DNA of 64,000 nucleotides from Clostridium sp. CAG:524 (GCA_000434555.1 FR880112.1:161-64160), one strand, 5' to 3'. Counted from the stretch's first letter, positions 35,624 to 45,972 are shown. Notes: generated from the letters alone by a model not told the origin. Numbers and translations are program-made.

Positions 35624-36586
35624 ATGAAATTAATTGACATAACATGTCCTAAATGTAAGGCAGTAATGAAAGTTGATAAAAGTAAAAAGGAATTAACTTG
35701 CGAGTTTTGCGGTAATAAAATTCTTATTGATGATGAAGTAAAGAAAGTAAAAATATTACATGCAGGACAAATAACTGAAGAACAAGAATTTAATAATGCT
35801 GAAGCAAATCTAAAATTTAAAGATTATCAAAAAGCATATTATGGATACAAAAGATTATCTATGAGATATGCTGATAATAAAGAAGTATGGCTTGGATTAC
35901 TTAGAAGTGCAACAGAAGATTTTACTAAAAAAGAATATAATCCTGAATATGAAGAATATTTTAATAAATATGAAAGTTTAGCAGATGAAAAAGAATTATC
36001 TAAATATAAAACTAAGTATGATAAATATATGAGTACTTTTAGTGAAAAAGATAAAAAAGAAGCAATAAAGAAATTAAAGAAAAAATTTTCACCATCTGTT
36101 CTTGAAATAATAGTTAGTATGTTTGCTGTAGTTATATTCATAGGTGCATTTGGTTCAATAATATTTACAATTATCAAAGAATCTAATAATAATCAAAAAG
36201 AAACATATCAAACAAAAGAAGAATATCAAACTGAAATAGATAATTTACAAAGTCAAATAGATCAAGAATTTAATACTATTAAGGATGAATACAATAAATT
36301 AAAAGAAGAGGTAAAGCCTACTAAAGATAAAATAGATGATTTAGAATTAAAACAAAATGCTGAATTTAGAAAAAATGGTTTTAGTAAGAAATATAATGAC
36401 TATAAAAATCAAATTAATGATCTTGAAGATAGTATTGCTGATAAAAAAGGAAATTTACACAATTATAAGTTATGTATAGAAGATAAATTTTGTTATTTTG
36501 GAACTAGTAGTGCTATGAAAAAATATGATAGTTTGGTTGAGAAAAAAGATAAATTAGAAAGAGAAATGAATGAAAAATATAATTAA
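35624..36586 (+). CDS. Zinc-ribbon / TM / coiled-coil protein
   Basis: CPKCKAVMKVDKSKKELTCEFCG, one TM helix (VSMFAVVIFIGAFGSIIFTII), then a long heptad-rich tail. Confidence 0.5.
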   Translation: MKLIDITCPKCKAVMKVDKSKKELTCEFCGNKILIDDEVKKVKILHAGQITEEQEFNNAEANLKFKDYQKAYYGYKRLSMRYADNKEVWLGLLRSATEDFTKKEYNPEYEEYFNKYESLADEKELSKYKTKYDKYMSTFSEKDKKEAIKKLKKKFSPSVLEIIVSMFAVVIFIGAFGSIIFTIIKESNNNQKETYQTKEEYQTEIDNLQSQIDQEFNTIKDEYNKLKEEVKPTKDKIDDLELKQNAEFRKNGFSKKYNDYKNQINDLEDSIADKKGNLHNYKLCIEDKFCYFGTSSAMKKYDSLVEKKDKLEREMNEKYN

Positions 36587-36602
36587 GGAGAATATGTAAT
36601 AT

Positions 36603-37289
36603 ATGAAATTAATATTATTAAGACATGGGGAGAGCATTTGGAATAAAGAAAATAGATTTACTGGATGGACTGATGTAGATTTATCTAGTAAGGGTGTAGA
36701 AGAAGCTATTAATGCTGGTAAAATAATGAAAAATAATAATATTACATTTGATGTAGCTTTTAGTAGTGTACTTTTAAGAGCGAAAAGAACATTAGATTTA
36801 GTACTTAAAGAAATGAATGTAAATGTACCAGTATATTATAGTTATAGATTAAATGAAAGACACTATGGAGCCTTACAAGGTCTTAATAAAGACGAAACTA
36901 GAAAGAAATATGGAGAAGAACAAGTTCATATATGGAGACGTAGTTATGATGTAAGACCACCTATGTTAACTATAGATGATCCAAGGTATCCAGGTAATGC
37001 TCCATTATATAAAGATTTAAGTAAAGATGAGTTACCACTTACAGAATGTTTAAAAGATACATTAGAAAGAGTACTTCCATATTATAATAATGAAATTAAA
37101 AATCATTTATTAAAAGGAGAAAACGTTCTTATAGTAGCTCATGGTAATAGTATAAGAAGTATTATTAAATATATAGAAAATATAAGTGATGAAGATATTA
37201 TGAGTGTTGAAATACCTACCGCTGTTCCTTATATATACGAATTAGATAATGAACTTAATATAGTAGGTAAGACTATACTAAATCATTAA
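36603..37289 (+). CDS. gpmA: 2,3-bisphosphoglycerate-dependent phosphoglycerate mutase
   Basis: [18 protein letters not shown] and VAHGNSIR catalytic His motifs. Confidence 0.9.
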   Translation: MKLILLRHGESIWNKENRFTGWTDVDLSSKGVEEAINAGKIMKNNNITFDVAFSSVLLRAKRTLDLVLKEMNVNVPVYYSYRLNERHYGALQGLNKDETRKKYGEEQVHIWRRSYDVRPPMLTIDDPRYPGNAPLYKDLSKDELPLTECLKDTLERVLPYYNNEIKNHLLKGENVLIVAHGNSIRSIIKYIENISDEDIMSVEIPTAVPYIYELDNELNIVGKTILNH

Positions 37290-37366
37290 AATATAGTATA
37301 ATATAAAACCAATCTGGAGGATATATGTTAAAACGTGAATTCAAAATGAAAAATGGGAGGTATCAT

Positions 37367-38128
37367 ATGAATAAACAAAACACAAAAAAATTAGTTATTT
37401 ATGGAGTAATAGGACTATTCTTAATTATAACTATATTTAGTAGTTTTCAAACAATTAAGAGTGGTGAAGTAGGACTTAAAGTAAGATTTGGTAAGATAGT
37501 TAATACTCAATTAAATGAAGGATTAAATTTAAAAATACCTTATATTGAAGATATAGTTACAGTAAATATAAAGGTACAAAAATTAGAAATTGATACAGAA
37601 AGTTCTAGTAAAGATTTACAAACAATACAAACAACTTTAGCAGTAAACTATAGAATTAATAGTGATAAAGCAACATACCTTTATAGAACAGTTGGTAATA
37701 ATTATGAAGCAACTATATTAGAGCCAGCTATTAAAGAAAGTATTAAAGCAACTATAGCTAAATATACAGCTGCAGAAGTAATTACTGAAAGAGCAGAAGT
37801 ATCAAATAATTGTTTAGATGATCTACAAAAGAAAGTAGAAAAATATGGTATAACAATTGATAATTTCAACATAACTAATTTAAGTTTTAGTGAAGAATAT
37901 AGTAAAGCAATTGAAGATAAACAAGTAGCAGAACAAAAATTAGAAAAAGCAAAACTTGATGCTGAAAGTAAACTTGTTGAAGCAGAAGCAACTAAAAAAG
38001 CAAATGATTTATTAAAACAAAGTCTTACTGATAACTTAATCGCAAAAGAATTTATCAATAAATGGGATGGCAAACTTCCAACTAGTTATGCTGGTAAAGA
38101 TATATTAAGTATATTTAACGTAAAATAA
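37367..38128 (+). CDS. SPFH/prohibitin-family membrane protein
   Basis: A TM helix, then the band-7 pattern GEVGLKVRFGKIV and a coiled-coil AEQKLEKAKLDAE. The ATG at 37367 follows GGGAGG. Confidence 0.8.
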   Translation: MNKQNTKKLVIYGVIGLFLIITIFSSFQTIKSGEVGLKVRFGKIVNTQLNEGLNLKIPYIEDIVTVNIKVQKLEIDTESSSKDLQTIQTTLAVNYRINSDKATYLYRTVGNNYEATILEPAIKESIKATIAKYTAAEVITERAEVSNNCLDDLQKKVEKYGITIDNFNITNLSFSEEYSKAIEDKQVAEQKLEKAKLDAESKLVEAEATKKANDLLKQSLTDNLIAKEFINKWDGKLPTSYAGKDILSIFNVK

Positions 38129-38198
38129 ATTTAAAATATAATAAAGAAGTAGAAATTACTTCTTTTCATTTGATAAAATATTTTTAGGAGGAAAGAAT

Positions 38199-38891
38199 GT
38201 GAAAAGAGAAAAAATTTATGTTGCTTTAGTTATTTGTTTGAGTATTATTTCAATTAGTCTGATAGGCTATATAATTTATAACCATAAAAGTGAAAAGGAT
38301 GATAATAAGACACCAAATACACCTAACGAAGTAATACCAGGAAATAATGATAACGATGAAAATGATAATAATAAAGAAATTATTAATATTGAACTTACAA
38401 ATAATGGTATTAAAGAAATAGAAAGTGATATTGAAAAAGCAGAATCAGTTACATATAAAGTTAAAATAAATAATTCATTATTAGAAATATATTATAGTAA
38501 AGGTTATATATATTTTGATATAAATGGGGAACTTTTTTCAGTTTATACAGGCGATAACAATGCATTATATAGATTAGAAAAGTATAATGATTATGTATTT
38601 GTTACCTTAAATTGCCAATGTGGAATACCAGCAGTAGATTATGCAATTGATTTAAAAGAAAAGAACTTTACTGAAAAGTTATGTTCTCCATCAAATAATG
38701 GAACATGTAATGGATACAAATATACAGGACTATTACCAAATCAATATTTAGAAATTCAATATAATGTAAATTATAATACAAAAAATATATCTATAAGTAA
38801 AAGTGAAAAATTTAATTGTGATGATTATAAAGAATGCAATAATGATACTTGTAAAAGAAGAATAGAATTTTGTAATCCATATGTTGATTAA
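38199..38891 (+). CDS. Membrane-anchored Cys-rich hypothetical protein
   Basis: GTG start after AGGAGG. It has a TM helix, an Asn/Asp-rich linker and a Cys-rich C-terminal half. Confidence 0.45.
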   Translation: MKREKIYVALVICLSIISISLIGYIIYNHKSEKDDNKTPNTPNEVIPGNNDNDENDNNKEIINIELTNNGIKEIESDIEKAESVTYKVKINNSLLEIYYSKGYIYFDINGELFSVYTGDNNALYRLEKYNDYVFVTLNCQCGIPAVDYAIDLKEKNFTEKLCSPSNNGTCNGYKYTGLLPNQYLEIQYNVNYNTKNISISKSEKFNCDDYKECNNDTCKRRIEFCNPYVD

Positions 38892-39011
38892 TATTTAAAA
38901 GAAGTAGAAATACTTCTTTTATTATGGCAAATTCGCTACATTTGAAATTACTTTTTAAATATGATATAATATATCTCGCTTGCTTAAAAATGAGGAGTGA
39001 TTAAAAATTAT

Positions 39012-39575
39012 ATGATATTAAGTAAATTATTTATTACTTTAAGTTTATTTGCAAATATATTTGAAAGTAATAAAGAAATAACGATTAATCATGATTATTT
39101 AGATAGTCATATTAATTTAAGTGTTAAACACTTTGAAGTTGAAAAGGAAGAATATGAAAAGATAAATACTTTTAATGGAGAAACAGTAGATGAAATTGCT
39201 CGTAAATTAAATAGATACTTAAATTCTACATTAAAAGGTAAAGGCGAATTTATAGCTAAATATTCTATAGAGGTTGGAATGGATCCTTATCTTGCGACTG
39301 GTGTTATGCTTCAAGAAACTGGATGTCAATGGACTTGCAGTTACCTTACTAGGGTATGTAATAATGTAGGTGGTAACAAAGGTAAACCAGGTTGTAATGG
39401 AGGAAGTTATAGAAAATTTAATTCTATTGAAGAAGGAATTAAATTTGCAATTAATAAGTTAAATTCATATTATAAAAAAGGACTTACAACAACTGAACAA
39501 ATTGGACCAAAATATGCAAGTGATCCAAAATGGTCAGTAAGAGTTAATAGATATATAAATAAATTAAGGAAATAA
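39012..39575 (+). CDS. Glucosaminidase-domain (mannosyl-glycoprotein endo-beta-N-acetylglucosaminidase-like) protein
   Basis: The pattern DPYLATGVMLQETG...NNVGGNKG resembles the catalytic Glu region of GH73. The start is ambiguous (38997 GTG or 39012 ATG). Confidence 0.55.
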   Translation: MILSKLFITLSLFANIFESNKEITINHDYLDSHINLSVKHFEVEKEEYEKINTFNGETVDEIARKLNRYLNSTLKGKGEFIAKYSIEVGMDPYLATGVMLQETGCQWTCSYLTRVCNNVGGNKGKPGCNGGSYRKFNSIEEGIKFAINKLNSYYKKGLTTTEQIGPKYASDPKWSVRVNRYINKLRK

Positions 39576-39606
39576 TTATTTGAAAGTCAGGGGGGATAAA
39601 AAGAGT

Positions 39607-40263
39607 ATGGATGATAATATTTATTTACATGCAATAAATGCTACTAATAATGGTGTTTATATTGATACATATGATACATATATCTTATTATGCAAGATAC
39701 TTAAATGCCATGCTCTTTTATCTTCAAGATTACAAAAAGCAATGTCTAATGAAGGATTTAATGGTGTTGATTATGTATCACTTTGTGATTATTCTAAAAG
39801 AGATATTTTTAATGGAGTTAACGATGATTTTAATGCATTTTGCACATATATAAGATATTCATTATCAATTATGTTTCCTAAAGATAAATTTGATGCTATA
39901 GAACCAACTATAATAGAAGCACCAACACTTAGAACTGCAAAAGATTATGCTAAAATGAAAAAGCTAGGTTTGCTTAAAGGTAATCAAAGATATAGTGATA
40001 TGCCTGATGAAGTACAAGTTCGTGATAAAGTTTCACTTGAACATATGATAGGTCTTACTTATCCTATACATTTAGTACGTGATAACGGAGAAAGTTTTTC
40101 AAAGAAAATGGAAAGAATAATGTGTGACTTAGATACTATGAATTATGCACTAAGTGAAAATGGATATAATGTACCAATTTATGATGTTGATACACTTGCT
40201 AAATTAGATAGTTCAAGTGAGGTAGAATACGTTCTTAGACATGAAATGAGATATTATAAGTAA
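39607..40263 (+). CDS. Hypothetical protein
   Basis: ATG after a GGGGGGA RBS. I recognise no motif. Confidence 0.45.
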   Translation: MDDNIYLHAINATNNGVYIDTYDTYILLCKILKCHALLSSRLQKAMSNEGFNGVDYVSLCDYSKRDIFNGVNDDFNAFCTYIRYSLSIMFPKDKFDAIEPTIIEAPTLRTAKDYAKMKKLGLLKGNQRYSDMPDEVQVRDKVSLEHMIGLTYPIHLVRDNGESFSKKMERIMCDLDTMNYALSENGYNVPIYDVDTLAKLDSSSEVEYVLRHEMRYYK

Positions 40264-40487
40264 GAGTTAATTCTTGCCTTTTATTATGCTTAATTCTAAA
40301 AAGATGAATAGTAATAATAATGATAGATATATAAATGGAATATTAAATGATTAGATAACTATTTAATTAAAATTTAATAAATTATATTTTATGTTCACTT
40401 TGATATAATTATTTTGTAAATAGAAAATATGAATGGAGTAATTTATGGAATAAGTAAATCAATCAAGTGAAAGCAGTAAAAAAACTA

Positions 40488-40740
40488 TTGACAAAATGGT
40501 ATCAAATAAACTATAATCTACTCATAAGCAATGAAGGAAAGTAGTAGTTATTTATCTTCCTTAATAGAGAGTTAGTGTTTGGTGGAAACTAATAATAGGT
40601 GAATAATGAATAAAAAGTACGTGACAATTTCCAGAGCAAATAAGCATGTCTGCTATAAAGACTAAAAGGTAGAAATAATGAATCTATGAAGTAAGATGGT
40701 ACAGCGAACAAAATCGCTCTTACAGATTAGATTCTTTTTT
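40488..40740 (+). promoter_or_regulatory. Promoter plus T-box leader with an Asp (GAC) specifier upstream of aspS
   Basis: TTGACA-18-TATAAT at 40488-40517. AGAGAG K-turn and distal stem UUAGUGUUUGGUGGAAACUAA. GAC followed by A lies at 40623-40626, next to AUUUCC, which pairs with the 5' GGAAA. The T-box core AGAUGGUACAGCG is at ~40694. A long terminator helix AATCTA..GTAAGA/TCTTAC..TAGATT plus T6 ends at 40740. Confidence 0.75.
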
Positions 40741-40761
40741 GTTTATAAAGGAGGAATTATT

Positions 40762-42498
40762 ATGGCTAACAAATATAGAAATATATATTGTGGTGAAGTA
40801 ACAAAAGAATATGAAAATAAGGAAGTAAGAGTTGCTGGATGGATTGAGAATGTAAGAAATTTAGGAAGTCTAGTATTCATAGCATTAAGAGATGAAACAG
40901 GTATAGTACAACTAATTAGTGAAAATACTGAATATAGCCGTCTTAATCGTGAAAGCACTGTTACTGTTCTTGGAAAAGTAGTTTCAAGAACACCTGAAAT
41001 GGTTAATAAAAACATGAAAACTGGTGAAATTGAAATTGAAATTAAAGAGTTAGAAGTACTAGGTGATGTATATAAAACACTTCCATTTGAAGTTAAAAAC
41101 AGTAAATCTTCTAGTGAAGAAACAAGACTTAAATATCGTTATTTAGATTTAAGAAATAAGAGTGTTCATGATGGTATTAGATTTAGAACAGATGTAATTG
41201 ATTTCATAAGACATACAATGAAGGATATGAAATTTACTGAAATACAAACACCAATCTTAACAGCATCTAGTCCAGAAGGAGCAAGAGACTTTATCGTACC
41301 AAGTAGAAAGTTCAAAGGTAAATTCTATGCGCTTCCACAAGCACCTCAAATATTTAAACAATTATTAATGTGTAGTGGATTTGATAGATATTTCCAAATC
41401 GCACCTTGCTTTAGAGATGAAGATCCAAGAAGCGATAGATTATATGGAGAATTTTATCAATTGGATTTTGAAATGTCATTTGCTACACAAGAAGATGTAT
41501 TCCTTGTAGGACAAAGGGTATTTTATGATACATTTAAGAAATTTGGCAATAAAGAAGTATCTCCAGTACCATTTAGAAGAATACCATTTAAAGAAGCAAT
41601 GGAAAAATACGGTAGTGATAAGCCAGACTTAAGAATACCATTTGAAATTGTTAATATTACTGAATTACTTTCAAAGAGTGAAAGTGTTGTGTTTAAAGAT
41701 AAAGAAGTAAAATGCATGGTTCTTCCTGAAAATGATAAATCTAACAGTTTCTATAAAAAACTAGAAGAAGAATATAAGAATTTAGGTGCTAGCTCACTTG
41801 GATTCATTAAATATAATGATGAAATAACTGGTTCAATGGCTAAATTGTTTAGTGATAGTGAAAAAGAAGAACTTGTTAAAACATTAAAACTTGAAAAAGG
41901 AAATACTGTAGTAATTATTTGTGGTAACAAAGGTGAAAAGTTTGATAAACTTTGTGGTTCATTAAGACTTAAACTTGGTAATGAATTAAATCTTGTAGAT
42001 AAGAGTAGATTTGAATTCTGTATCATTGTTGACTTCCCATTCTATGAATGGAATGAAGAAGATAATAAATGGGATTTTACACACAATCCATTTAGTATGC
42101 CAAACGGTGGTCTTGATGCTTTACTTAATAAAAATCCTGGTGATATAGTTGCTTGTCAATATGACTTTGTATGTAATGGCCTTGAAATGGCAAGTGGTGG
42201 TGAAAGAAATTATAGCCCAGTAATACTTAAAAAAGCATTTGAAATTGCTGGTTATGATGAAAGTGTTGTTGAAAGTAAATTCCCATCATTATATCAAGCA
42301 TTTCAATTTGGTGCGCCACCTCACGCTGGTATGGCTCCTGGTCTTGATAGAATTCTTATGCTTTTAAAAGATGAAGAAAATATTCGTGAAATGGTAGCAT
42401 TCCCAATGGCTGCTAATGGAGCTGATGCATTAATGGGATGTCCAAACGAAGTATTTGAAAAACAACTTAGAGAAACTCATATCAAGGTACGTGACTAA
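40762..42498 (+). CDS. aspS: Aspartate--tRNA ligase (bacterial type)
   Basis: Class IIb motifs FRDED, GGERN and GLDR. It has an OB-fold N-terminus and a GAD insertion. The ATG at 40762 follows AAGGAGG. The track start at 40696 lies in the T-box terminator. Confidence 0.95.
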   Translation: MANKYRNIYCGEVTKEYENKEVRVAGWIENVRNLGSLVFIALRDETGIVQLISENTEYSRLNRESTVTVLGKVVSRTPEMVNKNMKTGEIEIEIKELEVLGDVYKTLPFEVKNSKSSSEETRLKYRYLDLRNKSVHDGIRFRTDVIDFIRHTMKDMKFTEIQTPILTASSPEGARDFIVPSRKFKGKFYALPQAPQIFKQLLMCSGFDRYFQIAPCFRDEDPRSDRLYGEFYQLDFEMSFATQEDVFLVGQRVFYDTFKKFGNKEVSPVPFRRIPFKEAMEKYGSDKPDLRIPFEIVNITELLSKSESVVFKDKEVKCMVLPENDKSNSFYKKLEEEYKNLGASSLGFIKYNDEITGSMAKLFSDSEKEELVKTLKLEKGNTVVIICGNKGEKFDKLCGSLRLKLGNELNLVDKSRFEFCIIVDFPFYEWNEEDNKWDFTHNPFSMPNGGLDALLNKNPGDIVACQYDFVCNGLEMASGGERNYSPVILKKAFEIAGYDESVVESKFPSLYQAFQFGAPPHAGMAPGLDRILMLLKDEENIREMVAFPMAANGADALMGCPNEVFEKQLRETHIKVRD

Positions 42499-43211
42499 TG
42501 AACACAATTGATTTAAACGAATTTGATGGTGAAAACGCATTCTATCATTTTACGAGTAGAGATAATTATGAAAGTATAAGTTTAAATGGACTTATACCTT
42601 CTATTGGTGATAATGCAAACGGTATAGAAAAAACATCTAAAGTATTCTTTTCAAAAGGAAACATTGGTTTTCTTAGAATATGTGATGTATGGATTAACTG
42701 GTTCATATATAGAATTAGTTTATATAATTCAGTTCTTAAATATAAAGACATTACTAAGGAAGAAAGAATGAATCTTAAAAGAAAGTTTAGAGAAGATTTT
42801 ACTAATGGACTATACTATACAGAAGATAATGTTAACTATGCTATAACATGGATGATGGAATATATGAAATCTAATATAGTATTAAAACTTGATATTCCTC
42901 ATGATGATTATGATGAGTTAGATATAGACGAAGCTAAATTACATGAAAAAGAAGAATTTACTAATAGAATGTATTTAGGATATATAACAAGTAGTGATAA
43001 AGTAGAATCATTTAATATGCATACTAAAAGTGGAGTAGGAGTAGATAAAGAAAAAATATCTAAAGTTACTACAAATGATGATGACTCAGCTTTATCCATA
43101 TTAAAAGAAATATACAAAGAAGAAAAAGAAAAAAATAATGGCCTTGAATTTGCATTTCTTGATAGATTTATGAATTATGTAAATTCTATAGACCAAGATA
43201 TTAAACTATAA
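42498..43211 (+). CDS. Hypothetical protein wedged between aspS and lysS
   Basis: The ATG overlaps the aspS stop (TAATG). lysS starts 13 nt after its stop. I cannot confidently assign any family. Confidence 0.5.
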   Translation: MNTIDLNEFDGENAFYHFTSRDNYESISLNGLIPSIGDNANGIEKTSKVFFSKGNIGFLRICDVWINWFIYRISLYNSVLKYKDITKEERMNLKRKFREDFTNGLYYTEDNVNYAITWMMEYMKSNIVLKLDIPHDDYDELDIDEAKLHEKEEFTNRMYLGYITSSDKVESFNMHTKSGVGVDKEKISKVTTNDDDSALSILKEIYKEEKEKNNGLEFAFLDRFMNYVNSIDQDIKL

Positions 43212-43224
43212 AGGAAGTGAAAAA

Positions 43225-44718
43225 ATGGAAAGACAATTTACAGAACAAGAACTTGTTCGTAGAGAAAAGATGGAAAAAATAAGAAGTCTTGGTATGGATC
43301 CATTTGGTAGTAGATTTGATAGAGATAGTTTTGCTGCTGATTTAAAGGAAAAGTACAAAGATGTTGAACATGAAGAATTCGAGAGTATGACTGATACAGC
43401 TACTGTTGCTGGTAGAATTATGTTTATTAGAAAGATGGGTAAAGCATCATTCTTTAGTATTAAAGATAAAACTGGTCCAATTCAAATATATATTTCTATA
43501 AATGATATTGGAGAAGAATCTTATAATTTATTTAAGAGTGCTGATATTGGCGATATAGTTGGCGTTTATGGTAAAATTATGAAAACTAAAACAGGTGAAC
43601 TTACTATTAAATGTTTAAAATATACACCACTTGTTAAAGCATTAAAACCACTACCAGAGAAATTCCATGGTCTTACTGATATTGAAGAAAGATATAGACG
43701 TAGATATGTTGATTTAATTATGAATGATGACTCTAAAAAAGTTGCCTTCACAAGACCTAAAATTATTAGATGTATTCAAAATTTTATGGATAGTCGTGGC
43801 TTTACTGAAGTAGAAACTCCTATTTTAAATACATTATTAACTGGTGCTAGTGCTAGACCATTTATTACACATCATAATACTCAAGACATGGATATGTATT
43901 TAAGAATAGCACTTGAACTTCCATTAAAAAGACTTTTAGTTGGTGGTATGGAAGCAGTTTATGAAATAGGAAGAACATTTAGAAATGAAGGAATGGATCC
44001 TATGCATAATCCAGAATTTACATTAATGGAAGCATATCTTGCATATTCTAACCTTGAAGGTATGATGGAAATGACTGAAAGTATGTTTAAAACAATAGCT
44101 GAAAAAATATTTAATAAATATACATTTAACTGGAATGGTAATGAAATTAATCTTGAAGGAACATGGAAAAGAATAAGCATGGTTGATTCTATTAAAGAAG
44201 TAACTGGTATTGATTTTAAGAAAGAAATGTCAGTAGAAGAAGCACTTAAACTTGCTAAAGAACATGATATTGAAGTAGAAGAGCATCAACATAATGTTGG
44301 TCATATAATAAATTTATTTTTTGAAAAATATGTAGAAGAAACATTAATTCAACCAACATTCTTATATGGTCATCCAGTTGAAATAAGCCCACTTACTAAA
44401 AAGAATCCAGAAGATCCTAGATTTGTAGATAGATTTGAATTATTCATAGGTGGAAAAGAATTTGCTAATGCATATACTGAACTTAATGATCCAATTGATC
44501 AATTAGAAAGATTTGAAAGTCAACTTAAAGAAAGAGAACTTGGTAATGATGAAGCAAATGATATAGATATGGACTTCATTGAAGCACTTGAATATGGTAT
44601 GCCTCCTGCTGGTGGTATTGGATATGGTATTGATAGACTTGTTATGTTCTTTACTGAATCAGCAAGTATAAGAGATGTAATATTATTTCCAACAATGAAA
44701 GAAAGAGATAGAAAATAA
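43225..44718 (+). CDS. lysS: Lysine--tRNA ligase (class II)
   Basis: Class IIb blocks FRNEG, ELNDP and GIGIDRLVM. Confidence 0.95.
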   Translation: MERQFTEQELVRREKMEKIRSLGMDPFGSRFDRDSFAADLKEKYKDVEHEEFESMTDTATVAGRIMFIRKMGKASFFSIKDKTGPIQIYISINDIGEESYNLFKSADIGDIVGVYGKIMKTKTGELTIKCLKYTPLVKALKPLPEKFHGLTDIEERYRRRYVDLIMNDDSKKVAFTRPKIIRCIQNFMDSRGFTEVETPILNTLLTGASARPFITHHNTQDMDMYLRIALELPLKRLLVGGMEAVYEIGRTFRNEGMDPMHNPEFTLMEAYLAYSNLEGMMEMTESMFKTIAEKIFNKYTFNWNGNEINLEGTWKRISMVDSIKEVTGIDFKKEMSVEEALKLAKEHDIEVEEHQHNVGHIINLFFEKYVEETLIQPTFLYGHPVEISPLTKKNPEDPRFVDRFELFIGGKEFANAYTELNDPIDQLERFESQLKERELGNDEANDIDMDFIEALEYGMPPAGGIGYGIDRLVMFFTESASIRDVILFPTMKERDRK

Positions 44719-44755
44719 TCTATCTTTTTTGTTATAATAAATCTAGGAGTGATAT

Positions 44756-45937
44756 ATGAAAGATAAAATTACAATAGGAATATTTGTTGATACATTTTTT
44801 CCTATGACTGATGGAGTTATCATGGTAGTAGATAACTATGCTAGAAGGCTTATTAAATACGCTAATGTTATAGTTTTCACACCTAGTTATATAGGAAGTG
44901 ATTTTGATGATTCAGCATTACCTTATAAAGTAGTAAGATGTTATTCATTAAAAACATATTTTTGGGATTATAATTTACCAATACCTAAACTTGATAAAAA
45001 GTTTAAGAAAATACTTGATAGTTATAAACTAGATATAGTACATATTAACTCACCATTTACATTAGGTAAAGAAGGTGTGAGATATGCTAAAAAACATAAT
45101 ATTCCATGTGTTGCGACTATGCACAGTCAATATAAACAAGACTTTATGAAAGCAGTTAAAAATGAATGGATTGCTAATATACTAACTCATAATGTAATAA
45201 AAGTATTTAATAAGTGTGATGAATGTTTTGCTGTTAATAGTGAAGTAGCACGTATATATTATGAAGATTATCATTATAAATGTTTACCTAAAGTACTTAA
45301 TAATGCTACTGAAATGGAACTTGTTAAAGATACAAGATATGCCCATAAATATATAAATAAATTATATAATATAAAAGAAAGCGATATTGTCTTTCTATTT
45401 GTAGGTAGAATTAATACATTAAAAAATATATTCTTTATTGTTGATTCTCTAAAAGTATTAAAAGAAATGAAACCTAGATTAAGATTTAAAATGTTATTTG
45501 TAGGTTCTGGTCAAGATGAAGATAAACTAAAAGAAAAGATACATGAACTTGATATGGATAATGATGTTATTATGTGTGGTAAAGTAACTGATAGAATTAT
45601 TCTTTCATATTATTATAATAGAGCAGACTTAATGCTTTTCCCATCAGTATATGATTGTTCTTCTATCGTTCAAATAGAAGCAGCTAGTCAAAAAACTCCA
45701 ACTGTATTTTTAGAAGGCACTGCTACTAGTGCTACTGTCACTGATAATGTTAATGGTTATTTATCCAAATATAGTGTACAAGATTATGCTAATAAAATAA
45801 TAGAAATATTAGATAATAAAAAGCTTTATAAAGAAGTATCAGAAAATGCATATAGAGATTTATATGTTAACTGGGATACAGTTATTCATGATGTGTATTC
45901 TATGTACAAAGAAATAATAAAAAATAAAAATAGTTAA
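44756..45937 (+). CDS. GT4-family glycosyltransferase (diacylglycerol glucosyltransferase-like)
   Basis: IGIFVDTFFPMTDGV N-terminus and the C-terminal E-x7-E region (FPSVYDCSSIVQIEA). Confidence 0.8.
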   Translation: MKDKITIGIFVDTFFPMTDGVIMVVDNYARRLIKYANVIVFTPSYIGSDFDDSALPYKVVRCYSLKTYFWDYNLPIPKLDKKFKKILDSYKLDIVHINSPFTLGKEGVRYAKKHNIPCVATMHSQYKQDFMKAVKNEWIANILTHNVIKVFNKCDECFAVNSEVARIYYEDYHYKCLPKVLNNATEMELVKDTRYAHKYINKLYNIKESDIVFLFVGRINTLKNIFFIVDSLKVLKEMKPRLRFKMLFVGSGQDEDKLKEKIHELDMDNDVIMCGKVTDRIILSYYYNRADLMLFPSVYDCSSIVQIEAASQKTPTVFLEGTATSATVTDNVNGYLSKYSVQDYANKIIEILDNKKLYKEVSENAYRDLYVNWDTVIHDVYSMYKEIIKNKNS

Positions 45938-45972
45938 AATGTAACCAAATTTATTATTGAAACATTAGAAAT

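Noticed and set aside
20481-36586. A prophage or integrative element with identifiable mobility genes.
   Set aside because: I found no integrase, recombinase, terminase, capsid, relaxase or transposase motif in any frame of the track. Only the island-like context is reported.
40696-40761. The N-terminal extension of the aspS ORF in the track (and likewise 12628..12657 for dut, 30427..30468 for the NERD gene, and 29539..29574 for the J-domain gene).
   Set aside because: The extensions run through T-box or terminator hairpins. Each is followed by an internal ATG with a strong Shine-Dalgarno sequence, so the internal starts are used.
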